A DNA stretch of 40,026 bases from Desulfobacteria bacterium (GTDB lineage Bacteria > Desulfobacterota > Desulfobacteria > Desulfobacterales > C00003060): contig JAQYWL010000106.1 of the NCBI GenBank assembly GCA_030145035.1, forward strand, positions 1 to 40,026, given 5' to 3'. Under the pieces are notes generated by a model, which did not search any database, was not told the DNA's origin, and saw only the letters and a program-made list of their open reading frames with translations. Shown in pieces: positions 25,712-33,183 of the stretch (positions are counted from its first letter, which is position 1; every line of letters starts with the position of its first letter). The position numbers were made by a program, and so were the translations under genes.

Positions 25712-26431
25712 TCACACATTGGCGAGGTTCTCTGCAACGAAGTCCCAGTTGACCAGGTGATCCAGGAAAGCTGCGATGTAATCCTTGCGCCGGTTCTGGT
25801 AGTCGAGATAATAGGCGTGTTCCCAGACATCAATCGTCAGAAGCGGCGTCTGACCATAAGCGAGAGGCGTAAACGCGTTGCCGGTTTTGACGACCTTCAG
25901 GGACTTCCCATCTGAGGTCAGCCAGGCCCATCCACTACCAAATTGTGTTGTGGCAGCCTCCGTGAATTCCTTCTCGAAGTTTTCAAAACTCCCAAACGCT
26001 GCTGTGATTTTCTTTTCCAATTCTCCGGAAGGAGCACCGCCGCCCTTTGGCCTCATGCACTTCCAGTAGAATGTATGGTTCCATGCCTGAGCAGCATTAT
26101 TGAAAATCGCGAGTCTTTTCTCATCACCAGCCGTGGTTTTGATAATTTCCTTAAGAGAGGATTCGGCCAGGTCCGAACCTTTGACCAGTTCGTTGACCTT
26201 ATCAATGTAGCCACGATGATGCTTGCCGTAATGGAAGCTCAGCGTGCGGCTTGAAAGGTATGGAGCCAACGCATCCTCAGGATAGGGAAGGGGAGGAAGC
26301 TCAAAGGGCGCTTCTCATTGGGCAAAGGCCTGAAAGCCCATGACACTGCCAGCTAGTGCGGCTGAGGCGGCCACGGTGGTGGCGAGGAATTGGCGGCGGT
26401 TCATGCTGAGGGATTCAATATTGTCTTTCAT
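25712..26431 (-). CDS. sodB: Fe-superoxide dismutase with a twin-arginine signal peptide, interrupted by an in-frame TGA at 26315-26317
   Basis: The SOD core contains FHYGKHH, FNNAAQAWNHTFYW and DVWEHAYYLDYQNRR. The same frame extends upstream through one TGA to ATG 26431, which has a GGAGG SD. That extension encodes MKDNIESLSMNRRQFLATTVAASAALAGSVMGFQAFAQ-[TGA]-EAPFELPPLPYPEDALAPY. The uninterrupted ORF in the track is 25712-26269. Confidence 0.8.
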
Positions 26432-26581
26432 TGGCAATACCTCCTTCTGTTCATATTAAATCCTAAATCCGCCTTGATCCCTTTGTTTGAAAAAATCAGG
26501 CGGGATGCACAAGAGAAAACTTCGGGGGTTCCACAGCCCTCGGAGTAGACAGGTCTTTTCACCGCCGAATTCCAATAGCAC

Positions 26582-27121
26582 TTATTCTGAATCGCTCATT
26601 TTAAAGTCAGCTTTCGAATGGGGCAAGAGCCTTATCTGAATAAAAGCTCCGGTGATCACTAACAATAGGAAAACGATTACTCTCATCTCTTGTCCTAAAC
26701 CTGACGCTTCGACTATCGTTCCAGCTCCAAGCAGGCAAGAAAGCACAATGATTACCCAATCCATAATCAGGGTTGCAAACACCGCCCCAATCACTCCAAC
26801 AACTGCGAACAAAACTATGCTATTTCTTCCTGAAGCAAATGATTGAGATAGAATCAGGGCGAGGTGAAAACCTCCATAAAACCCTGCGAGAACAAAAGCA
26901 ACGCGCTGAGCCAATACCGCGAGCAACGCTCCGAAAAAACCTGCACCAAGAGCAAACAAAACCTGTATCCATTGTGGTTGATCTGGAAAAACCAGACCCG
27001 CAAACCCCATACCGAATAGGAACCCCACGATTGAAATAAAAAGCCAAAAAAGCTTTCTCCCAAATACAAGCAAGATGACACCTAATATGATGCTTGAGAT
27101 TCCCATCCCGCCTACTGTCAT
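26582..27121 (-). CDS. Hypothetical polytopic membrane protein (Gly/Phe-rich, DUF4203/TM7S3-like)
   Basis: The 179-aa ORF has 5-6 hydrophobic segments (ILGVILLVFGRKLFWLFISIVGFLFGMGFAGL...). The start is uncertain because the SD abuts the first ATG. Confidence 0.55.
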   Translation of the reverse strand: MTVGGMGISSIILGVILLVFGRKLFWLFISIVGFLFGMGFAGLVFPDQPQWIQVLFALGAGFFGALLAVLAQRVAFVLAGFYGGFHLALILSQSFASGRNSIVLFAVVGVIGAVFATLIMDWVIIVLSCLLGAGTIVEASGLGQEMRVIVFLLLVITGAFIQIRLLPHSKADFKMSDSE

Positions 27122-27260
27122 CTCCTGGCCATTTCCTTCATGATTCAGAGTAGTTCTTGCAAATACGTTCCCATTGATATGGCTCTTATGGCTTTCGCCC
27201 TCGTTCCTTTACCCATTTTGATCGTTCCATGGCTTGCTACGTCAAAATTGAAAAACTCGC

Positions 27261-27332
27261 CCCGCTACGCGGGACTCAGACAGTTTGAAGATCCCTGCGG
27301 CAAGTTGCAGGGTATCTTCCACCGTAAGGAAG
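27261..27332. repeat. Three tandem short GC-rich hairpins in an intergenic region (REP-like or terminator-like element)
   Basis: The stems are CCCGC-tac-GCGGG (27261-27273), CCCTGC-8nt-GCAGGG (27293-27312) and CTTCC-7nt-GGAAG (27316-27332). On the minus strand the last-transcribed hairpin (27273-27261) is followed by GCGAGTTTTTCAATTTT. Confidence 0.3.
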
Positions 27333-27546
27333 CCTGACATTTTTGGATTCACTCGGTGCCACCACAACCCGCGAAGCACTGCCGTCAGGCGGAAGTCACA
27401 AGAGCCTCGCCATGAAATAGATAACGGAACGTTATCCTGAGAGTCACTATATCTGTTTACTCCTTGACAAGCAGCCCTCTTTGAAATGCCCTATCTTGTC
27501 CACAGATCGGCTATCAGTCTATGTCTGTTGAAGGGGCCTCGCCAAG

Positions 27547-28194
27547 TTAAGCGGTTCGGTCCAGCTTATACAATATGACTATCAATATCACCGCACCCAT
27601 CAGCATCCAAGAGGGGCCGAATAACCATAACATGAACGGCACTGAGAAGTAATACCCTCTCATGCCTAATGTGTAATGGGTGCCTCCTCGATTAATGATT
27701 TTTGTAACAGCATCATAGGTCACAATCGGGTCGCGTGAGGCAGGCACATTGATTGCAAAACTGGCATGGTTGTAATAGCGAATCGAAAGGGTAAAGTTAA
27801 AAAATGCAAAGAAGAAATCGATGATTAATACCATTAGTTTGATCAACCACATTGCCCCACTCTTGGTGCCGAACAGATTGAGAGCCTGGGAGCATTCGGC
27901 AAGTTTTTCCGTTCTGAAAGCCGCATTGAGTACACCTAGGCCGATGAGCATGGCCGCTGAGGCGAGGAAGCTGGATGCCATAACCCAATTTCGAAGGGTC
28001 TGAACTGCCAGGATGTCTTTCTTTCCCTCCATGATTGCCTGGACCCAGTCACGACGCAGCCGGTTAGTCAGGCCAAATGATGTCGTCAGCGGCGCTTTGC
28101 GCACCTGATAAAACAGATGACTGTGGTAAAGTACCAGTATCAAGCACGCTGCTGACGTGAGGATTATCTCCGGCCACGGATTAGTTGGCATCAA
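27547..28194 (-). CDS. DUF599-family membrane protein
   Basis: The 215-aa protein contains ...RRDWVQAIMEGKKDILAVQTLRNWVMASSFLASAA...FFNFTLSIRYYNHASF.... This matches my recollection of DUF599 architecture. Confidence 0.7.
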   Translation of the reverse strand: MMPTNPWPEIILTSAACLILVLYHSHLFYQVRKAPLTTSFGLTNRLRRDWVQAIMEGKKDILAVQTLRNWVMASSFLASAAMLIGLGVLNAAFRTEKLAECSQALNLFGTKSGAMWLIKLMVLIIDFFFAFFNFTLSIRYYNHASFAINVPASRDPIVTYDAVTKIINRGGTHYTLGMRGYYFSVPFMLWLFGPSWMLMGAVILIVILYKLDRTA

Positions 28195-28361
28195 AAGTTT
28201 CCTTTTTGTTCAGGCAGGGCCTCACTCTCTGCGTAGAAGACGCGGGTTTCTTCCCTTTGCTCTAAACCGTTCTTTTGAAAGTCATTCGTGCTACGCAAAA
28301 CAATAGGGCAAGTAATCTATTTATCAAATGTTTAGGTCTGGTACCTTTCCAAGTTATAGAT

Positions 28362-28412
28362 GTTGGGGAGGCTTCGCAAGCTTCGCCGAAGGGGCTCGCT
28401 CGCCTCCCCAAC
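28362..28412. repeat. Perfect 11-bp inverted repeat (GTTGGGGAGGC ... GCCTCCCCAAC) with a 29-nt structured loop
   Basis: Read directly from the sequence. The repeat lies about 30 nt downstream of the stop of the 28444-28695 gene. It lacks a clean U-tract, so it may be a terminator or a REP-like element. Confidence 0.35.
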
Positions 28413-28443
28413 TTTGACCCCAATGGTCTCACAACCCGTAAGG

Positions 28444-28695
28444 TTATGGCATTCTCTCTATGTTCGACCTGAGTTGGGCAATCTGCAAACCCAAAGAGAC
28501 GCACTGCTTGCCTTCAATACACTCGTCCGCTTCCTCAGGTTCCAAGTGTGTCTTCAGCTCATGCTTGTCCTTTTTCAAATCCACAACCCAGGCCTTTTTT
28601 GTTTTGTCATAGTCCACATCTACATCAATCCCGCATTCCCCGATGTCCGGGTAGATCGATTTGATTTTTGAACATAGTTCTTTTTTGTCATGCAT
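28444..28695 (-). CDS. Conserved hypothetical small protein (83 aa, Cys-containing)
   Basis: AGGAGG lies 8 nt upstream of the ATG. The product is MHDKKELCSKIKSIYPDIGECGIDVDVDYDKTKKAWVVDLKKDKHELKTHLEPEEADECIEGKQCVSLGLQIAQLR.... Confidence 0.6.
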   Translation of the reverse strand: MHDKKELCSKIKSIYPDIGECGIDVDVDYDKTKKAWVVDLKKDKHELKTHLEPEEADECIEGKQCVSLGLQIAQLRSNIERMP

Positions 28696-28838
28696 CGTCC
28701 AATCCTCCTATGCTAGACGTAGTCTGAAACGCTGGTTGCCACTCTTTGTCTCCACCTTTCAAGTCTCAAGCCGGTGGCTCAAAAACTATAAGAACACAGT
28801 CCGACCAAAAGAGACACCGCCTTGAGAATTTTTTCTTC

Positions 28839-29483
28839 TCAGTCTTCAGCCAGTCTTTCAATTTTTTCCCCTAGATCCTTGAGTGCTTTGCCCACCTCGT
28901 CACCTGTCCAGCGGGTGCCCTGGATCAGCTTTTCGCCGACGTCATGGCCTATCTCCATCACCTTAACAACGGCTGCCTCAATCTCGTGGCCGCTCCAAGC
29001 TAAGGCCCTCTCAAGATGCGACGCTGCAGCTTTAAGCGCATGACCGGCCTTCGAGGTCTCTTTCTTTGCCCAGGCTTCTGAGGCCTTCAAATGGTGATGC
29101 ACGGCAAGGGCATGGTGGGCCCGCGCAAAAGCCTTGCCCAGGTCATTGGTTGACTTGACAGCACCTTTCTCAACATCCGACGCGAGCTTTTCAAGCTCGT
29201 CTATGGATGTGGTGAGGGCCTTCTTTCCGTCCCCCGTCGCCCGAGCCGCTTCCAGTTTCATGAAGCCTACAGCCTTTCGCATATGGGCGGCTGCGGCTTT
29301 GAAATCCTTTTTCAGGAAGTTTTCATGGGCTTGATGGAACTGGGCCCCCGGTTCATCCGGAAAAAGGATCCAGATGTCTTCCTCTACGAGGATCCAGCCA
29401 TCCGGGGCCTTGGGTGCGGTTCTTGGATCGTCGGTTTTTGCCAAGGCAAGATGGGACGTGGTCAGCATCAATACAAAGGCCAT
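28839..29483 (-). CDS. Hypothetical exported His/Ala/Lys-rich helical protein; the ancestral start is probably ATG 29507, separated by an in-frame TAG
   Basis: The ORF begins MAFVLMLTTSHLALAKTDD, which is signal-like. Upstream and in frame is AGGAGG-6nt-ATG AAT TGT CGA GTT CTT TAG GCT ATG. The only good SD therefore serves a start that runs into TAG at 29487-29489. Confidence 0.6.
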   Translation of the reverse strand: MAFVLMLTTSHLALAKTDDPRTAPKAPDGWILVEEDIWILFPDEPGAQFHQAHENFLKKDFKAAAAHMRKAVGFMKLEAARATGDGKKALTTSIDELEKLASDVEKGAVKSTNDLGKAFARAHHALAVHHHLKASEAWAKKETSKAGHALKAAASHLERALAWSGHEIEAAVVKVMEIGHDVGEKLIQGTRWTGDEVGKALKDLGEKIERLAED

Positions 29484-29599
29484 AGCCTAAAGAACTCGAC
29501 AATTCATTTTGTTCCTCCTTTTCTTGCCGGTCCCTGAGATAGGGTTCCGGACGTTCAGGTTGTTTAAATAATGGGTTCTTGAGTCTCTTGTGTTACCAA

Positions 29600-30114
29600 T
29601 CATGCAGGGTGAACAGTCACGTCTACAACTTCAGTGTTCTTTATGATGTCATGTGCCCTGTTTACCTCATCCTGCGTCCCGTGGGCAATGACCAAGAATT
29701 TGTCAGCCTTGAGGGCGGTTTCATACTAAATGATACTATCTTTGGGAATGCCAATACTGTACAATCCGGCTCCAAGCGCACTCAGACCACCTGCTATAGC
29801 CGCACTTTCCAAAGCTCCAAGCATCCAGGAAACCAGGGGGCCGCCCACAAGTAATGGACCAACGCCTGGTACCCAGAAAAACGCTGATCCAAAGAGCATG
29901 GCCCATATACCGCCCCAAAAGGCGCCCAGTTTGCCCCAGTACTTCATGCGGTCGCCAGCATTGTAGTAGCCAACGACGTGTTTCTCGGTGTGGTAATCCT
30001 TACCCACAATGGAAGTTTCTTCATGTCAAACCCGGACTTCTCCAGTTGTTTGACGGCTTCTTCGGCCTTGTCGTGGGTATCGTAGATACCGATGACAGCA
30101 TTTTTTTGTTTCAT
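29600..30114 (-). pseudogene. Disrupted gene for a small stress-type membrane protein (soluble N-domain, Gly-zipper TM region, soluble C-domain; YflT/DUF1269-like)
   Basis: GGAGGAGGGAA precedes ATG 30114, which gives MKQKNAVIGIYDTHDKAEEAVKQLEKSGFDMKKL. A 1-nt deletion lies near 30011-30013. The next frame reads (I)VGKDYHTEKHVVGYYNAGDRMKYWGKLGAFWGG...LYSIGIPKDSII. After TAG at 29726-29728 it continues YETALKADKFLVIAHGTQDEVNRAHDIIKNTEVVDVTVHPA*. The total length of 515 nt is not a multiple of 3. Confidence 0.6.
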
Positions 30115-30377
30115 GGCGTTTTCCCTCCTCCAAAATGATGTTCACAGCATCCGATGTCCCCGCTCTATTCCAGTCAAAATAGCCATCCTTCCTTTCGCCT
30201 ATTGATTCTTGGGACTCTCGATAGTCCGAATTCACCTCCGCTTCTGTACACAGCTTGATGACCACGCACATAGCACCGGTACCGCCTTGTCCGGCACAAC
30301 CAGTGAGCTGACTTTTTTCTTCTTTTCGGCGCCTTCGCTGCAAGTCATGCCACAAGTACGCTTCCTATGTTGAGGCG

Positions 30378-30680
30378 TCACTCGTTGGAAGCACGTTTAA
30401 GAACAACGTAGAGCGAAGATCCTCCCCGTTTTATGTGAAAGAGCAAGCTTTGGCTTTTGCCGACTCTTTGAATGGCCTGCGTGTAATCAGCAAGGCCCTT
30501 GATTGCCCGGCGATTCACCTCCCGGATCAAATCGCCACGCTGCAAGCCGGCATCGAAACCCGAACTTCCCGGCTCAACGTCAGTGACGATGACGCCCTTG
30601 TCCCCCGCATCCAACCCAAGCTGTTCGGCCAATTGAGGCGTGACTTCTTGTACTGCCAGCCCCCAAGCGGTATTCTTGCT
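30378..30680 (-). pseudogene. Orphan PDZ-domain remnant of an HtrA/DegP-type serine protease (protease domain missing)
   Basis: The frame opens just after a TAA. It reads NTAWGLAVQEVTPQLAEQLGLDAGDKGVIVTDVEPGSSGFDAGLQRGDLIREVNRRAIKGLADYTQAI...LLFHIKRGGSSLYVVL, a typical HtrA PDZ. There is no ATG or SD, and no trypsin-like domain lies upstream. Confidence 0.5.
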
Positions 30681-30722
30681 TTACCCATTACGTTGTTGGA
30701 TTTCATGTTGATATCTCCATTC

Positions 30723-31061
30723 CTATTCACCATGTGCACCATGGCCCATGATGAAATCAGCTAAAGCCTTCCTGCCTCCATCAGAAAGGGCCTTTGTTTT
30801 TTCAATTGCCCTTTTCATCAGGTTGCCGTCGGCAGGCCATACAATGGATCCAGCCTCCCCCTTGAGATACTTGACCAATTGGTCTTCCTTTGCCTGATAA
30901 GCACCTGCAATTTCCTTCAAGGATGGAGATGCAGCAGAAACATCCGACTTGTGACAACCGCCGCAGTGCAAGGCCTCAAAAATGTCTCCTTGCTGTTGTG
31001 CAAGAACGTTTGCTGCTAACCATAAAGAAGCCACCACAAGAACCAAACCGATTTTTTTCAT
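30723..31061 (-). CDS. Monohaem class I c-type cytochrome, exported
   Basis: AGGAGG lies upstream. The signal peptide is MKKIGLVLVVASLWLAANVLA. The haem motif CGGCH is present, with a distal Met candidate in the C-terminal part. Confidence 0.85.
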   Translation of the reverse strand: MKKIGLVLVVASLWLAANVLAQQQGDIFEALHCGGCHKSDVSAASPSLKEIAGAYQAKEDQLVKYLKGEAGSIVWPADGNLMKRAIEKTKALSDGGRKALADFIMGHGAHGE

Positions 31062-31183
31062 CTTTCTGCCCTCCTTTGTTGACTAGTAGTCTGGCTGCGT
31101 CCCCTTACCTGAATCGGAGCCCCGAAATTGCCTAACTCTTCATCAAATCATACGGAATTTCAGTATCCCAATGACCGCCTGTG

Positions 31184-32275
31184 TCAGGAGCTCTTTGCTC
31201 CCCAACCTTTCAGGGCAGCTTGAATCATAAAGTAGCGGCTAATACCTTCCAGGCAGAGCATTCCCTTTAATCGCCCCCGATCCACAACGGCCGCAGCCGT
31301 CTTGTGGCCGGACAAAAGCTGCTGGTATATTTGGTCAAGGGGGATGTGTGGATCGACCGAAATGAAGTTTCTATCCATGACCTCGGACACTGGAAGCGTC
31401 GTGCCCTTTTGGTGGATGGCAGAAAGAACACCCGTGCGGGTTAAAATACCTTGGATACCCTTATCTGTCACCACTGGAAAATCCTCTTGGCATCCATGAT
31501 ACACGTGTTCCAGTGCACGTGATAGGGACTCGTCAGGCCGCAACGCCCGGAAGTCTGTCGCCATGGCTTCGGTGGCTGGAACCCGGTGGAGAACAGAGCG
31601 AAGCATAACTTGTTGCTTTTCGCTCCCAGCGCCCATGTGAAGGAAGAGCCCTATCACGGCAAGCCACCAGTTGAAGAATATGCCGTAAAGGATAAACAGC
31701 ATGGATAGGGCCTGTCCAATAGAAACTGCAGCGGATGTTGCCTTGGCATAGTCCATTTTTAAGGCAAGAATTCCTCGCAAAACCCTGCCCCCGTCCATGG
31801 GAAAGGCCGGTAGCAGGTTGAAAACTGCCAGCATAACGTTGACACCAATGAGCCCCGCAAAGAACGCTTGAGCTGATTCGGGATAAAGATTCGGAGCGCT
31901 CACTCCGGACCATTGCCCAACCAATAGGTAGAGGATACCGGCAATGGCCAGATTGATGAGGGGGCCTATGGCGGACATTGCGATCTCCTGGGCCGGCTTC
32001 TCCGGCATCTCTTCCATAGTGGCTACGCCTCCGATAGGCAGAAGCGTGATGCTCTTGGCTTCCTTGCCAAAACGACGCGCAATCAGACTGTGGCCGAGTT
32101 CGTGAATCAGGACGCAAGCAAAGACAGCTGAGATAAAGAGCACGGCCCTCACGGCATATGCAGAGCCTTTCTGTGAGTATGCTGAAGCATAGATAAAGAA
32201 AAGCAGGAGCAGAAATGTCACATGAATTCTGAATTCTATTCCCAGTATCTTTCCTAGTCTAAGAGACCAACTCAT
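31184..32275 (-). CDS. Site-2 protease family (M50) zinc metalloprotease with a C-terminal CBS pair
   Basis: HELGHSLIARRFG (HExxH) and FNLLPAFPMDGGRVL are present, followed by two CBS-like repeats. Confidence 0.9.
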   Translation of the reverse strand: MSWSLRLGKILGIEFRIHVTFLLLLFFIYASAYSQKGSAYAVRAVLFISAVFACVLIHELGHSLIARRFGKEAKSITLLPIGGVATMEEMPEKPAQEIAMSAIGPLINLAIAGILYLLVGQWSGVSAPNLYPESAQAFFAGLIGVNVMLAVFNLLPAFPMDGGRVLRGILALKMDYAKATSAAVSIGQALSMLFILYGIFFNWWLAVIGLFLHMGAGSEKQQVMLRSVLHRVPATEAMATDFRALRPDESLSRALEHVYHGCQEDFPVVTDKGIQGILTRTGVLSAIHQKGTTLPVSEVMDRNFISVDPHIPLDQIYQQLLSGHKTAAAVVDRGRLKGMLCLEGISRYFMIQAALKGWGAKSS

Positions 32276-32297
32276 TTTCGGCAGCCCCTCCTTTCGT

Positions 32298-32650
32298 TTA
32301 GCAACAAGACGTTAAAACGGGAATGTTTAGCCATTGTCCATGCACAAGAAACTTGTACTCGTACCTTCCCGGCACAAGCATCACGCTCTTTGTCCACAGC
32401 CCCCTTTCACCTCCGCCAACCTCCTTGATTTCCACCACGTTCTCACAAACTTCACCCAGAGTTGTCTTGCAGCCGCTCCTACGTCTTTTGTGCGTTCCCT
32501 GCCTCGGTGGCAAGGATACGCGTTTTTGCCTTGAGTCGTTCCCATTTTTCTTCTGCTTTCTGCCATTCATCCTCAGCGTCCGCCTTTCCGAGATGAAGCT
32601 TGAGCGGATCCCCGAGGTAAGTTCTGGCCAAAGAGGGAGGTTGTTGCCCC
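32298..32650 (-). pseudogene. Mosaic remnant: a frameshifted paralogue of the 24398-24661 coiled-coil gene joined to the 3' end of a CBM48/glycogen-binding-like domain
   Basis: One frame reads DPLKLHLGKADAEDEWQKAEEKWERLKAKTRILATEAGNAQKT*. Compare DELKVKLNLAKAEAGDEWEKAEKKWEQLKAKTPVLGTEAGDASKD in the intact gene. A second frame continues KDVGAAARQL. A third frame reads ...GERGLWTKSVMLVPGRYEYKFLVHGQWLNIP. Confidence 0.4.
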
Positions 32651-33183
32651 ACCCGGTGGTCAATATGGGTAGGATGAGACCTGATATCGAAAGATAGACC
32701 GCACCTTCCCTAAGTTGCCAAATAGTCGGGATGGCTGGCGATGGCAATAGGGTGAAAACTGTATTTTGCTGCAAGCAGCACTGTATTCTAAGGTTCTATA
32801 GACTGTACCAAGATGTTCACACATCGGGTCGTCTCATGGCCACACTCGGTAAAATCTGAAGGTCTGCTTGACAGGTCAGATCGAAAAGCCCGGCCTGGAA
32901 CAGGGGCCATTATGCCATGGACGCCCTAATCAAAACCCGAACCTGGAAGGGTCTTATATACATATGCAGACATTTTTGATTAATGAAAAGTATGACCACT
33001 GAAAGCCCCGTCACTTAACACATGGCATATGTTCAGGTCCTTTTATGGCCCAGGTACCTATCTGGGGTCTGCTTGAGAACCACGTAAAGTGTAGATCTCC
33101 CCTGTTTGATGAGGAGCAACAAGATTTCGCTTTTCTTGGAGTTCTTGGTGGAAAGCCGCGTGCGTCAGGCAAAAGCAGGATTT

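Noticed and set aside
21757-29728. Genome-wide stop-codon reassignment (UGA or UAG as sense) as the explanation for the four in-frame stops
   Set aside because: Both codons clearly terminate well-supported genes in this window at the expected protein ends. TAG ends the genes at 662, 2851, 5326, 12091, 14930, 20429 and 23535. TGA ends those at 3995, 7727-7729, 10501 and 21107. Any recoding must therefore be site-specific (Sec), or the sites are lesions.
29487-29728. Pyrrolysine at the two in-frame UAG codons
   Set aside because: One UAG lies in a signal peptide and the other in a linker of a small stress protein that also carries a frameshift. Neither is a methylamine methyltransferase context. 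No pyl genes are visible, and UAG is the commonest terminator here.
30026-30355. 109-aa ORF (MWHDLQRRRRKEEK...)
   Set aside because: It overlaps the start of the 29600-30114 pseudogene out of frame. It has no SD and I recognise no family.
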